Origin: Macrostomum lignano
Lineage: Eukaryota
Reading direction: 5' to 3'
NCBI GenBank assembly: GCA_002269645.1
Contig: NIVC01001826.1
Location: forward strand, 109,332 to 173,331
Length of the DNA: 64,000 nt
Shown: piece after piece, positions 24,867 through 40,660 of the stretch
Layout: the number at the start of each line of letters is the position of its first letter
Position numbering within the stretch: position 1 is the stretch's first letter
The notes under the pieces: model-generated
What the model was told of the DNA's origin: nothing
Database searches by the model: none
Seen by the model: only the letters and a program-made list of their open reading frames with translations
Translations under genes and position numbers: made by a program

Positions 24867-25339
24867 ACATCTGAAAGTTTTAAATCGCCTATAAAATTAA
24901 CGAACTTAAAGCGATAAGGTGCGATTATGACAGATAACTATTAATCAACCTTCGTCACTCAGTCGCGTCAAATTATTTTGTAATAATAAATCACAATATA
25001 CGGCATTTGCATGCATGATGACTGACATTGACTGACAAGCGATAGGGGCTCAAGATTCCATAGTTCTGATCGCATGGTTGCGTGTTAACAATGCAATTAT
25101 ATAAATGTACTAGATGAGCTTTGACATACTTTATGCAGATTAAGATCTATTTTCTCTTGCAGTCATTTTTTGTGTCACGCTTGACTTGCCAAAGTCAGAA
25201 GTCACAAATATGGCTTATAGGCGGTTGATTAATTTGATTCATTAGAACTGTCTTATGTAGATTCCTGATTGATGGATTGATGACAAATAGACGGATTTAT
25301 ACGTGTAGATACAGGACTATCCATATAAAAAAGCACGCC

Positions 25340-25760
25340 TCAGAACGAATCTTCACTTTTAGAACCATTCTCGACCGAATCTCATCTCACAGAACGAATC
25401 TTACATTATAGAACGAATCTCACATTATAGCACGAATCTCATATCATAAAACGAATCTCATATCAAAGAACGAATCTTATATTATAGAACGAATCTCATA
25501 TCACAGAACGAATATCATATCATAGAACGAATCTCATATCAAAGAACGAATCTTATATTATAGAACGAATCTCATATCATAGAACGAATCTCATATTATA
25601 GAACGAATCTCATATCATAGAACGAATTTAATATCATAGAACGAATCTTATATTATAGAACGAATCTCATATCATAGAACGAATCTCACATCATAGAACG
25701 AATCTCACATTATAGAACGAATCTCATATCATAGAACGAATCTCACATTATAGAACTGAT
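25340..25760. repeat. 19-bp minisatellite
   Basis: Unit agaacgaatctcatatcat. Confidence 0.9.
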
Positions 25761-25999
25761 CTGATCTCACTGAATGAATCTCCCTACTCTCCCAGTAATT
25801 CCATGTTTCCGCAAGTCCCCACTCTGCAAACTTTCTTCACTACCAAATTATACTTTTTTATGGAAGGGCAGGTGTCATTCAGACCCCATTGTGCACAGAG
25901 TTTACAGTGTCTTCGATTTACAATGTATAAGTCATTCATTTACAGGGGCAAAGCACGCAGGCAAGGCAGGCGCCAAGGAAGATCTGGAGTGCAAACCTT

Positions 26000-26292
26000 G
26001 AGATGCCTTGGCTCAATAAAGGGGAGTTGCTGAGATGCCATGGCTCATGTGGGGAGTTGCTGAGATGCCATGGCTCATGTGGGGAGTTGCTGAGATGCCA
26101 AGGCTCATGTGGGGAGTTGCTGAGATGCCATGGCTCAGTAAAGGGGGCTGCTGAGATGCCAAGGCTCAATAAAGGGGGCTGCTGAGATGCCAAGGCTCAA
26201 TGGGGAGTTGCTGAGATGCCAAGGCTCAATAAAGGGGGTTGCTGAGATGCCAAGGCTCAATAAAGGGGGTTGCTGAGATGCCAAGGCTCAAG
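26000..26292. repeat. 30-bp minisatellite
   Basis: Unit gctgagatgccatggctcatgtggggagtt. Confidence 0.9.
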
Positions 26293-26738
26293 AAGGATGA
26301 CGCTGAACAAAGCGTGTTTAAGGAGAGGGAGTTGACCAGTCCAAATTCTAGTTCAAGAAGTCCTCGACTGCATGGCGTGTTGTTTTACAATCCGATTCTC
26401 ACACAGGCAGGCAGAAGAGATTGGGGAATCCACCGCATGGGGGGGGCAATAACAGCAGCCGGGGCTCCCCCATAAAAATGCTTTTTTATGACAACAGCAG
26501 GCTTTCGATTGCTTGCGGAACGGCGAGCATCGGAGCTGGACAGAGGCGGTGGCTGTAAATGAAAACTGATCCAGTGCTCTGTGACGAAGTCCCTGCGGTG
26601 TGGGCGGGGGCTACACTGCACAGGGGGCAAATAAATTCCGGGGGGGGGCGGTTGTTTGCTGTGCCGAAAAGGGAATTATGGATTTACAATGCCTTTAACA
26701 CATTTCCGAGTCAACACGCACCTGTCCAGGTCTGTTTG

Positions 26739-28742
<2,004 letters not shown>

Positions 28743-29227
28743 ATCTCATCTTCTGACAGAATTTGGAAGCGGGCGGAGGCCCTATACTAAGATAATTGAT
28801 GACCGCCTCCTAAGCTGCTCATTCATAAATAATTGTCCCCAGAGAAGCGGCAGTTCCTGGGCGCGGACCCCGCACAGACATCCCTATGAACATTTCCCAT
28901 ATCCTGTTTCCCCCTTTTTTCCCAACCTGTCGGCCAATGTGGAATGGCGGCACAGATCAAAGAGCAATCGAAATTGTTAGGGCCAGCTCAGAAATCAGCC
29001 GTGCCAAACACTATCATAATTAATAACTGCTTTTTGGCAGTAGCCACTCACTGCTTCTGTGTTGCAAGCGTTTGGGGCTGGAATCGAATGCTTAGGAAAC
29101 AATGTACTTTTAAGATAAGTTCAAAGAGGGTCAAGGGACCTCCTTTGTTTTATAGAGGGCGAAACAGTTGTCCTCAGAAAAGGGGTCAACTGAAGATTCT
29201 TTTCTAAGGGGGTCAGAGGAAGATTCT

Positions 29228-30592
29228 TGGGATAGAATCCGGGATAGAATCAGGGATAGAATCAGGGATAGAATCAGGGATAGAATCCGGGATAGAATCA
29301 GGGATAGAATCAGGGATAGAATAGCGAATATAATCGAGGAATGAATCAGGGATAGAATAGAGAATAGAATCGAGGAATGAATCAGGGATAGAATCAAGGA
29401 TAGAATCAGGGACAGAATCAGGGATAGGATCAGGGACAGAATCAGGGATAGAATCAGGGATAGAATCAGGGATAGAATCAAGGATAGAATCGGGGATAGA
29501 ATCAGGGATAGAATCAGGGATAGAATCAGGGATAGAATCAGGGATAGAATCAGGGATAGAATCAGGGATAGAATCAGGGATAAAATCGAGGATAGAATTG
29601 AGGATAGAATAGAGAATAGAATCGAGGAATGAATCAGGGATAGAATCAAGGATGGAATCAGGGACAGAATCAGGGACAGAATCAGGGATAGAATCAAGGA
29701 TAGAATTAGGGATAGAATCAGGGATAGAATCGGGGATAGAATCAGGGATAATCAGGGATAGAATCAGGGATAGAATAAGGGATAGAATCGAGGATAGAAT
29801 TGAGGATAGAATAGAGAATAGAATCGAGGAATGAATCAGGGATAGAATAGAGAATAGAATCGAGGAATGAATCAGGGATAGAATCAAGGATAGAATCAGG
29901 GACAGAATCAGGGATAGGATCAGGGACAGAATCAGGGATAGAATCAGGGATAGAATCAGGGATAGAATCAAGGATAGAATCGGGGATAGAATCAGGGATA
30001 GAATCAGGGATAGAATCAGGGATAGAATCAGGGATAGAATCAGGGATAGAATCAGGGATAAAATCGAGGATAGAATTGAGGATAGAATAGAGAATAGAAT
30101 CGAGGAATGAATCAGGGATAGAATCAAGGATGGAATCAGGGACAGAATCAGGGACAGAATCAGGGATAGAATCAAGGATAGAATCACGGATAGAATCGGG
30201 GATAGAATCAGGGATAGAATCGAGGATAGAATTGAGGATAGAATAGAGAATAGAATCGAGGAATGAATCAGGGATAGAATCAAGGATAGAATCAGGGATA
30301 GAATCAGGGATAGAATCAGGGATAGAATCAGGGATAGAATCAGGGATAGAATCAGGGATAGAATCAGGGATAGAATCAGGGATAGAATTAGGGATAGAAT
30401 CAGGGATAGAATCAGGGATAGAATCAGGGATAAAATCAGGGATAGAATCAGGGATAGAATCAGGGATAGAATCAGGGATACAATCAGGCATAGAATCAGG
30501 GATAGAATCAGGGATAGAATCAGGGATAGAATCAGGGATAGAATCAGGGATAGAATCAGGGATAGAATCAGGGATAGAATCAGGGATAGAAT
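29228..30592. repeat. 12-bp GATAGAATCAGG array with about 480-490 bp higher-order duplication
   Basis: The same ordered variant block is seen from 29391 and from 29881. Confidence 0.92.
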
Positions 30593-31124
30593 GGTTGATA
30601 GATCTGGATCGGAGACAAACCATGGCTGCTTATTCTTGGTTGCAGAAATTAGAGGCAAATAATTGTTCACTAGAAGCAGAGAGCTTGGCAGATTTCAAAC
30701 GAAGCCGCCCATTCGGATTTCAATAGCTTTTCACAGTTTCAATGGCAATGTTATTTGTCGAATGCAAATCCAGTCTCGAACAGTCGGAGCATTTCCTTTG
30801 AAGTCGGCATTTGACTGACAGCGGCTAAATGGAAACCCCAGGCGCTGGGTAGGAATTAATTTCCTTTCAATAATGCCGCCAACTCGCTCGGCACACACGG
30901 CACAGGAGATATTCCCCCTATTATTTGACTTGTCAGCGTATGCCTAAATTCCTGGATCCGCTTTGGTATTTGCTTCTCCCGAAAATTCAAAGCACTGAGC
31001 CGCAACAGCAGGCATTGTTAACGTGATTCTCCATTTGCTGTGCTTTAACCATGGCATTTTTAGCTAAAGAGATTCAAAGATAAGAAATGGATAGATCTGG
31101 TAGAGAGAAAAGGTATATGCATTT

Positions 31125-32298
31125 AGTAGATTTAGAGGGTTGATAAAGAAAGGGTAGATAAGGGGAGAGTGGATAGAGAGGGTAGATAGAGAGGGTAGAT
31201 AGAGAGGGTAGATAGAGAGAGGGTATATAAATAGAGGGAAGATAGAAGAGGGTAGATAAAGAGGGGGTAGATAAAGGGAGGGTAGATTGAGAGAATAGAT
31301 AAAGAGAGTAGATAATGAGAGTAGATAGAGAGTAGATAGAGAGAGGGTAGATAAGAGGGCAGATAGAGAGGGTAAGATAAGAGGGCAGATAAGAGGGTAG
31401 ATAAGAGGGTAGATAGCGAGGGTAGATAGTTAGGGTAGATGAATAGGTTAGATAAGAGAGTAGATAGGGTAGATAAGAGGGTAGATAAGAGGGTAGATAA
31501 GAGGGCAGATAGAGAGGGTAGATTGAAAGGGTAGATAGAGAGGGTAGATAGAGAAGTAGATAGAGAAGTAGATAGAGAAGGGTAGATAGTGAAGGGTAGA
31601 TAAAGAAGGGTAGATAGAGAAGGGTAGATACAGAAGGGTAGATAGAGAAGGGTGTATAGAGAAGGGTAGATAGAGAAGGGTAGATAGAGAAGGGTAGATA
31701 GTGAAGGGTTGATAGAGAAGGGTAGATAGAGAAGGGTAGATAGAGAGGGTAGATAGAGAAGGGTAGATAGAGAAGGGTAGATAGACAAGGGTAGATAGAG
31801 AAGGGTAGATAGAGGAGGTAGATAGAGAAGGGTAGATAGTGAAGGGTGGATAGTGAAGGGTAGATAGAGAAGGGTAGATAGAGAAGGGTAGATAGACAAG
31901 GGTAGATAGATAAGGGTAGATAGTGAAGGGTAGATAGTGAAGGGTAGATAGAGAAGGGTAGATAGAGAAGGGTAGATAGACAAGGGTAGATAGATAAGGG
32001 TAGATAGACAAGGGTAGATAGAGAAGGGTAGATAGAGAAGGTAGATAGAGAAGGGTAGATAGAGAAGGTAGATAGAGAAGGGTAGATAGAGAAGGGTAGA
32101 TAGAGAAGGGTAGATAGAGAAGGGTAGATAGAGAAGGGTAGATAGAGAAGGGTAGATAGAGAAGGGTAGATAGAGAAGGGTAGATAGAGAAGGGTAGATA
32201 GAGAAGGGTAGATAGAGAAGGGTAGATAGAGAAGGGTGGATAGTGAAGGGTAGATAGAGAAGGGTAGATAGAGAAGGGTGGATAGTGAAGGGTAGATG
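31125..32298. repeat. 14-bp purine-rich array
   Basis: Unit gatagagaagggta, degenerating leftwards. Confidence 0.92.
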
Positions 32299-32974
32299 GC
32301 TTTCAGCCAGAGAAGGTAGGCGGCAGATCAAGCCGAGCAGGATACATTGACAGGTGTTAATCAGCCAATTTAGCTACCCAGCCCGAATTCTCACAAATGC
32401 AGTTGTTTTTATTTCATTTCCAGCTCGCTAAAAGCAACAGACCTTGGTTGCTTTGAGTCAGAACAAAAAATCAAATCGAAAGCGACCCGAAGGGATTTCT
32501 GCAAACAGCTGCCCCAACCTCCCGGGAATACAATGGACTGCTTAGGCTCAACAATGGGATAATTCTCAAGAGTAGGCCCGTAAATTCATCCTTTTTAAAA
32601 GGCGGATAAAATCTAGAGAAAAAAAGCTTTTGAAGAGAATTCAATTGCCCGTAACGGTGAGAAACGGCATCCGGGAGAAACAAAAGCGTTGAAAAATTTC
32701 GCTTGATAAAAAATCTGACAGACAGACAGCTCGAGTATGGGCGCGACAAAGACAATGGCCAATGGCGCTGCTTATTCTCCCCTGTAAAGTCAGACCCACC
32801 CGGCATCATATGCATCAACGGGCGCCTAAAAGCATTCTATTTCATCTATTTTTTGTATAAATCTCCCGCTTTAAAATCTGATTTTTGAGCTACTAAAATA
32901 TGACTCATTCAATCATATTTGAGTCTAAGCGACAGGTTCTGACTGATTAGATCAAAACAGACGTAGTTTGCCGT

Positions 32975-33865
32975 AGATTGTATCTATAGATATCAGTAGA
33001 TTGTGTATAGATATCAGTAGATTGTGTCTATAGATATCAGTAGATTGTGTCTATAGATATCAGTAGATTGTGTCTATAGATATCAGTAGATTGTGTCTAT
33101 TGATATCAGTAGATTGTGTCTATAGATATCAGTAGCATGTTTCTATAGATATCAGTAGATTGCGTCTATAGATATCAGTAGATTGCGTCTATAGATATAA
33201 GTAGATTGTGTCTATTGATATCAGTAGAATGTGTCTATAGATAACCGTAGATAGTCTCTATTGATATCAGTAGCATGTTTCTATAGATATCAGTAGGTTG
33301 TGTCTATAGATATAAGTAGATTGTGTCTATTGATATCAGTAGAATGTGTCTATAGATAACCGTAGATAGTCTCTATTGATATCAGTAGCATGTTTCTATA
33401 GATATCAGTAGATTGTGTCTATAGATATCAGTAGATTGTGTCTATAGATATCAGTAGATTGTGTCTATAGATATCAGTAGATTGTGTCTATAGATATCAG
33501 TAGATTGTGTCTATAGATATCAGTAGAATGTGTCTATAGATAACCGTAGATTGTGTCTATTGATATCAGTAGCATGTTTCTATAGATATCAGTAGCTTGA
33601 TTCTATAGATATCAGTAGATTGTGTCCATAGATATCAGTAGAATGTGTCTATAGATAACCGTAGATTGTGTCTATTGATATCAGTAGCATGTTTCTATAG
33701 ATATCAGTAGCTTGATTCTATAGATATCAGTAGATTGTGTCTATAGATATCAGTAGAATGTGTCTATAGATAACCGTAGATTGTGTCTATTGATATCAGT
33801 AGCATGTTTCTATAGATATCAGTAGCTTGATTCTATAGAGATCAGTAGATTGTGTCTATAAGATA
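32975..33865. repeat. 23-bp minisatellite
   Basis: Unit agtagattgtgtctatagatatc. Confidence 0.92.
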
Positions 33866-34483
33866 TCAAATAGATGCAAATTTATAAGCAATAGACATGA
33901 TGAACCAATCAATCAATCAATCAATGCATCAATCAATCAATCAACTTTACTCACATGATAAATTTATGAATTTTTTTAAACTGACAGCACGAATTAAGTG
34001 CAGGGCTTGAGGTCCAGGTATTGTATAATAAATCACAAACCCGATCAAGACAAATTGACAATTTTGACAGAATTTCTAATTATAAAACTGTCACAGTCTT
34101 GAAAGAATCTTGTGGGATCGCTTGTCAACTGGTTGCAGTTAACACTGTGAGTAAAGTTTGATTGACAGCTAATATTTCTCAAGGCCGCGGCTGTCAGAGT
34201 TTTATTAATTTCCTTCTCACCTGCCAGTCACAAGAGCGGCAACTTTGTTCTCCAAAAGTGGAGCTTTCTCTTGAGCTGTTGTCAAAGGCTTGACCGGTCC
34301 TGGCTCAACTGAGAGCCTCATCAATACATGTCTATAGCACTAATAGCACTAAAGAAGAAAGAAAGTATGAGAACAAAACAGTTCCAGCAGTGTTGTGCTC
34401 ACTGCAATTATTAAATATTGTTTTTATTGGAATTTCAATATTGGAGCTCTGATAAAGAAGGAAATTTAAAGAAGAAAAACTAA

Positions 34484-34878
34484 TAGCGCCACCTACTAGC
34501 GCCCCCTTACTGGCGCCCCCTACTAGCGCCCCCTTACTGGCGCCCCCTACTAGCGCCCCCTACTAGCGCCCTCTACTAGCGCCCCCTACTAGCGTAACCT
34601 ACTAGCGCCCCCTTACTGGCGCCCCCTACTAGCGCCCCCTACTAGCGCCCCCTACTAGCGCCCCCTACTAGCACCCCCTACTAGCGCCCCTTACTAGCGC
34701 CCCACTAGCGCCCCCTTACTGGCGCCTCCTTCTAGCGCCCCCTTACTGGCGCCTCCTTACTGACGCCTCCTTCTAGCGCCCCATTACTGGCGCCTCCTTC
34801 TAGCGCCCCCTTACTGGCGCCCCCTACTAGCGCCCTCTTACTGACGCCCCCTACTAGCGTCCCTATTGGCGCCCCCTT
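34484..34878. repeat. 14-15-bp CTACTAGCGCCCCC array
   Basis: About 27 copies with ttactggcgccccc variants. Confidence 0.92.
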
Positions 34879-35693
34879 ATAAATTTTATATCCAATCAGC
34901 TTAATACATTTTATTTACTCAAATATTGATCCGCCGAGATCGCACTAATCGCCATTTGAATGACGCAAATTAAACTTGAGCAGAATTTCAATTCAAACAG
35001 CGAATAGTTGAGTAGAAGCTTAGCGTATTTGTCACTCCATGCTCGAGAGCATGTTAAAATCCCTCCTATAAAGGTGGCTTAATCGCTTGTATTTCACTAT
35101 ATTAATAATGCATAGTAATGTTCCACTATGTTGAACAAATCGCGTCAAGGGCTAGAGTTGGAGACATGTCGCAATGGAGCACAGTTTTGAAGCACCCACT
35201 TCAAAACTGTGCTCCCGCATAACACCTCCTCTCCTCTCCCCTCTTTCCTCCCCACCTCATTCCAAATTTCTTGCTAAAGCCGACTCACAAGAAGTTGTCA
35301 ATGTTGATTTTCAAGTGCTGACAGATGTCAATCATTAATACTCTTAGACAAGCGCGATTGAGAGGGGAACCGAGTGGGGGTGGCTACACAGCAGTGCCTT
35401 AGTGACAATGATTTGTCTATAACGAGCGGCATTGTGGGGTGTCACGTCATTAGCGATGAAGTTTGGGGTATTTAGCTCGTATAGTTCGGAGACTGCACCT
35501 CGAGGAATCGGAAGTCTTTTTTTCTCATCAATCTATCCTCCCCAAATCGAAGCTTCCCATAAGGGAAAAAATCAGAGGTTTAAGAGGCGAAACTTGAAAC
35601 ACACTACTGTTAGTAGTTTAAAAGCTGAATAGGTATATTTTTATTGTATTCGTTCAGTCGGTTATGCACTACTGATTAGTAGATCGTGTCTTT

Positions 35694-35802
35694 TTAACTA
35701 ACTAACCAACTAACTACTACCTAACTAACTAACTAACTAACTAACCAACTAACTACTACCTAACTAACTAACTAACTAACTAACTAACCAACTAACTACT
35801 AC

Positions 35803-35874
<72 letters not shown>

Positions 35875-36095
35875 ATGAATGACTGACTAACTAACTAACC
35901 AACTAACTACTACCTAACTAACTAACTAAATGAATGACTAACTAACTAACTAACTAACTAACTACTACCTAACTAACTAACTAAATGAATGACTAACTAA
36001 CTAACTAACCAACTAACTACTACCTAACTAACTAACTAACTAACTAAATGAATGACTGACTAACTAACTAAGTAAGTAACTAACTAACTAACTAA
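35694..36095. repeat. (TAAC)n microsatellite
   Basis: Direct reading, with interspersed variants. Confidence 0.95.
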
Positions 36096-36672
36096 TTAGC
36101 CAACAAAATATGAATCGGGTCGTTTAAAAAGCTTAAATCACTTTAAAAGTCTTCCAAACAAGGTTTTCGATGGCTCACGGGAGGTGCAAGTTCATTAAGT
36201 AATCAGTGTATTCTCTATTCGCGGGCTTATACTTTCACAGGCAAACATTTTCCACACACAAATTAAAATTAATAGAATTAACAGGTCGGTATAACACAGC
36301 AATTATAACAAATGTGTGCTAAAACTGTTTACAGTACTCCACCAGACACAGTTCGATAAAAAAGCAAGGACTTAAAATTTTTCTAGCTAAAATTGAATTG
36401 AAATTAATAATTCGAAGGTTGATTAAAATTCGACGGCCAAAAACATTACGAGCGCGTATTGTGATTAAAACATATTTTAAAGATTAGCGATACACACGCA
36501 CTGCAAAAGGAGATGAATTATTTATTTTTTTTACAAAAAACGGAAAATATAGATATGAGCAATAAATAAACATAGACCAGAGCAGACTTGGCAGTTAAAA
36601 GGTAATTCAAAAAATTAAGGGACAGAAAGAGGACTAAGATAAGTCGATACTTTGCCAATGAGAAATTTCAAC

Positions 36673-36815
36673 TCACTGGGCAATGTGCGTTGCTTGGGGG
36701 TCCATATTGGGTCGCAAAATGAGACTGGCGTCGATCCACTTGCTTGGATTTGACAGCATGCCAGTCCACAATGTCTGCTCGTGGCCCCTGGCGTCCATCC
36801 AGGAATAGCGGGCAG
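36673..36815 (-). CDS. SYTL: Slp exon 9, C2B C-terminus
   Basis: In the spliced frame reads TARYSWMDARGHEQTLWTGMLSNPSKWIDASLILRPNMDPQATHIAQ*, matching the WMDS.GEE..LW..M...P..W..L.LR tail of Slp4/5. Summed exons give 2715 nt, divisible by 3. Confidence 0.85.
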
Positions 36816-36826
36816 CTGCAATGGAT

Positions 36827-37330
36827 TGATGTACATTTAGGGGCAGAGAATCAGCCAGATGTACATTTAGGGGCAGAGAATCAGCCAGATGTACATTTAG
36901 GGTAGAGAATCAGCCAGATGTACATTTAGGGGCAGAGAATCAGCCAGATGTACATTTAGGGGCAGAGAATCAGCCAGATGTACATTTAGGGTAGAGAATC
37001 AGCCAGATGTACATTTAGGGTAGAGAATCAGCCAGATGTACATTTAGGGTAGAGAATCAGCCAGATGTACATTTAGGGTAGAGAATCAGCCAGATGTACA
37101 TTTAGGGTAGAGAATCAGCCAGATGTACATTTAGGGTAGAGAATCAGCCAGATGTACATTTAGGGGCAGAGAATCAGCCAGATGTACATTTAGGGTAGAG
37201 AATCAGCCAGATGTACATTTAGGGTAGAGAATCAGCCAGATGTACATTTAGGGGCAGAGAATCAGCCAGATGTACATTTAGGGTAGAGAATCAGCCAGAT
37301 GTACATTTAGGGTAGAAATCAGCCACATGT
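36827..37330. repeat. 29-30-bp minisatellite filling Slp intron 8
   Basis: Unit gagaatcagccagatgtacatttagggta. Confidence 0.95.
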
Positions 37331-37343
37331 ACAGCACACTCAC

Positions 37344-37552
37344 TGTCTCCGATATTAAGACGAACACCGCCGAGAAAGTCGTTTCTCCCCAGCAGCACGT
37401 GATCCCAAACGGTCAGCTCGATGGACCGGTCGCGCAGTTCGCGCCGAGTGACTCCATTGTAGGTGAGCATGGCGTTGAATTCTGGGTTCGGGTTGGCTTT
37501 CACCACCTTGGACTTGCGCTTGGACGCCTGATGCCTGCTGGGGAGCAGGTAG
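37344..37552 (-). CDS. SYTL: Slp exon 8, C2B core
   Basis: YLLPSRHQASKRKSKVVKANPNPEFNAML...IELTVWDH...NDFLGGVRL. Acceptor ctcgcag, donor A|GTGAGT. Confidence 0.92.
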
Positions 37553-37689
37553 CTGCGAGGAGGGGCGGGTTGGAAAAATGAATAGCAGGACTCAACACCA
37601 CTGAGTACTTCTGAGCACTCTAAGTAACCTGAGCACTCCGACAACATACTGTGCACTCTTGTATCCTCTAAGCGAGAAGGAGAGAGCTG

Positions 37690-38306
37690 AATGATTTCAG
37701 TCATACAGACAGGGTTATTTCAGTCATGCAAACTGAGTGATTTCAGTCATACAGACAGGGTTATTTCAGTCATGCAAACTGAGTGATTTCAGTCATACAG
37801 ACAGGGTTATTTCAGTCATGCAAACTGAGTGATTTCAGTCATACAGACAGGGTTATTTCAGTCATGCAAACTGAGTGATTTCAGTCATTCAGAATCGATG
37901 ATTTCAGTCATTCAGAGTGAATGATTTCAGTCATGCAAACTGAGTGATTTCAGTCATTCAGAATCGATGATTTCAGTCATTCAGAGTGGATGATTTCAGT
38001 CATACAGAATGGATGATTTCAGTCATACAGAGTGGATGATTTCAGTCATACAGAATGGATGATTTCAGTCATACAGAGTGGATGATTTCAGTCATTCAGA
38101 ATCGATTATTTCAGTCATTCAGAGTGGATGATTTCAGGCATACAGAGTGGATGATTTCAGTCATACAGAGTGGATGATTTCAGTCATACAGAACGGATGA
38201 ATTCAGTCATACAGAGTGGATGATTTCAGGCATACAGAGTGGATGATTTCAGTCATACAGAACGGATGAATTCAGTCATACAGAGTGGATGATTTCAGTC
38301 ATACAG
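37690..38306. repeat. 23-bp minisatellite in Slp intron 7
   Basis: Unit gatttcagtcatacagagtggat. Confidence 0.92.
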
Positions 38307-38331
38307 ATGCCACAACCCCATTTAAAATCAC

Positions 38332-38666
38332 CATTTCACGTAGGGTGACACGTTGAGAGTGGCCGCGCCACCAGCAGCGGAGGCCAGCTTCCTACAGGAC
38401 CGAACCCAGATCTCCAGTCGGCCTCTAGCCTCATCGTTATTATCCGACTCTTCCGATTTATTGTCGGCTTCAAACCGAATTGATACGGCGATCTCGCCCT
38501 GGTACATCAGGGTTGGCAGCGACACGCCGCCAGGACTGGTGTGCCGGTCCCTCAGCGGCAGCCAGTGCTTGCCGCCTGAGAAGATTTGGTCGCACTGCTC
38601 CATTGGCACGAGTGCCTGGCCTAGGAATAGGTTGGCGCCCAGGGCCACGGAGTGCCACACTGACAC
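38332..38666 (-). CDS. SYTL: Slp exon 7, C2A end and C2B start
   Basis: VSVWHSVALGANLFLGQALVPM...WLPL...QGEIAVSIRF...LEIWVRSCRKL...PYVK. Donor TG|GTGATT. Confidence 0.9.
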
Positions 38667-38785
38667 CTGAGGGCAAGGGAAATTGTATGCAGTTTTAGCT
38701 GAAATAGTTAATACCTTCTTAAAAGGTCGTGACTCGTGAGACAGCGTTCTTAGCTTTATAGAGAATTTTATATTTTTCTTTTGGT

Positions 38786-39800
38786 CACAGAGTACTTCCT
38801 TACTGGTCATACAGTTCTTCCTTACTGGTCATACAGTGCTTTCTTACTGGTCATACAGTGTTTCCTTACTGGTCATACAGCGCTTTCTTACTGGTCATAC
38901 AGTGCTTTCTTACTGGTCATACAGTGTTTCTTACTGGTCATACAGTGCTTCCTTACTGGTCATACAGCGCTTTCTTACTGGTCATACAGTGCTTCCATAC
39001 TAGTCCTACAGTGTTTCTTACTGGTCATACAGTGCTTTCTTACTGGTCATACAGTGCTTCCTTACTGGTCATACAGTGCTTTCTTACTGGTCATACAGTG
39101 CTTCCTTACTGGTCATACAGTGCTTTCTTACTGGTCATACAGTACTTCCTTACTGGTCATACAGTGTTTCCTTTCTGGTCATACAGTGCTTCCATACTAG
39201 TCCTACAGTGCTTTCTTACTGGTCATACAGTGTTTCTTACTGGTCATACAGTGCTTCCTTACTGGTCATACAGTGCTTCCTTACTGGTCATACAGTGCTT
39301 TCTTACTGGTCATACAGTACTTCCTTACTGGTCATACAGTGTTTCCTTTCTGGTCATACGGTGCTTCCATACTAGTCCTACAGTGCTTTCTTACTGGTCA
39401 TACAGTGTTTCTTACTGGTCATACAGTGCTTTCTTACTGGTCATACAGTGCTTCCTTACTGGTCATACAGTGTTTCCTTTCTGGTCATACGGTGCTTCCA
39501 TACTAGTCCTACAGTGCTTTCTTACTGGTCATACAGTGTTTCTTACTGGTCATACAGTGCTTTCTTACTGGTCATACAGTGCTTCCTTACTGGTCATACA
39601 GTGTTTCCTTACTGGTCATACAGTGCTACCTTACTGGTCATACAGTGTTTCCTTACTGGTCATACAGTGTTTCCTTTCTGGTCATACAGTGCTTCCATTC
39701 TGGTCATACAGTGCTTCCATTCTGGTCATACAGTACTTCCATACTAGTCCTACAGTGCTTCCATTCTGGTCATACAATGCTACCTTTCTGGTCATACAGT
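38786..39800. repeat. 22-23-bp minisatellite in Slp intron 6
   Basis: Unit ttactggtcatacagtgctttc. Confidence 0.95.
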
Positions 39801-39937
39801 GTTCAATTAAATAATATCATAAATCATGAATCATAAATGATAAATGATGAATGATGATCATGGTCATGATCAAACATCACAACTTACAAATCAACGCCAG
39901 AGATCATAATCATAAACCCATAAATCCCAGCTGGTAC

Positions 39938-40258
39938 CTGCAGAGTCCGCATCTCCAGTTCATCAGAGGTCAGATCAGGGTACACCAGCGGCTGAGTTCC
40001 GAAGCTCGGATTGCAGGTGCCCCGACGGGCATTGGTTCGACGTTTCGACCGCTTAGTCTTGTCCGGCAGCAGGTAGGTCTTCACGTAGGGACTCGGCTGC
40101 CTGCCATCGATCCTGGCCAGGTTGCGGCAGCGGTGCACTAGCACGGTCAGCACTCCTGACGAGAATTTTGCCGAGATTTCCACCTCGCCTGAGGCGCGAA
40201 TGCCCCGGTAAGAGTCTTCTGTCTCGCTGATGTTGCTCAGCACAGACTCGCAGCTGGT
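39938..40258 (-). CDS. SYTL: Slp exon 6, C2A domain N-terminal part
   Basis: GEVEISAKF...LTVLVHRCRNLA...SPYVKTYLLPDKTKRSKRRT is a typical Slp C2A. Acceptor ctcatcag, donor CAG|GTACCA. Confidence 0.92.
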
Positions 40259-40349
40259 CTGATGAGGAATGTTCGAATTTTATTGCGTTAAACTCCAGTT
40301 TGTAACACTATGAATATCGTAAATTACATAAAATAATGAGGAGAAAGAG

Positions 40350-40660
40350 GGGGGATTAGATGAGAAAAAAGAGGAGATTAGATGAGAAGAATGAGAGGAG
40401 ATTAGATGAGAAGCATGAGAGGAGATTAGATGAGAAGAATAAGAGGAGATTAGGTCAGAAGAATGAAGGAAGATTAAATAAGAAGAATGAGGGGAGATTA
40501 GATGAGAAGAATGAGGGGGAGATTAGATGAGAAGCATGAGGCGAGATTAGGTGAGAAGAATTAGAGATTAGCTAAAAAGAATGAGAGGAGATTAGATGAG
40601 AAGAATGAGGGGGAGATTAGATGAGAAGCATGAGGCGAGATTAGATGAGAAGAATGAGTG
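40350..40660. repeat. About 23-bp purine-rich repeat in Slp intron 5
   Basis: Unit gagattagatgagaagaatgag. Confidence 0.85.

Noticed and set aside
29131-32331. ORFs with (LSLI)n, (IPDS)n and (YLPFSI)n
   Set aside because: Satellite translations.
36615-36836. ORF-track protein MYINPLQLP...
   Set aside because: Wrong frame; the spliced Slp exon 9 uses another frame ending at 36673.
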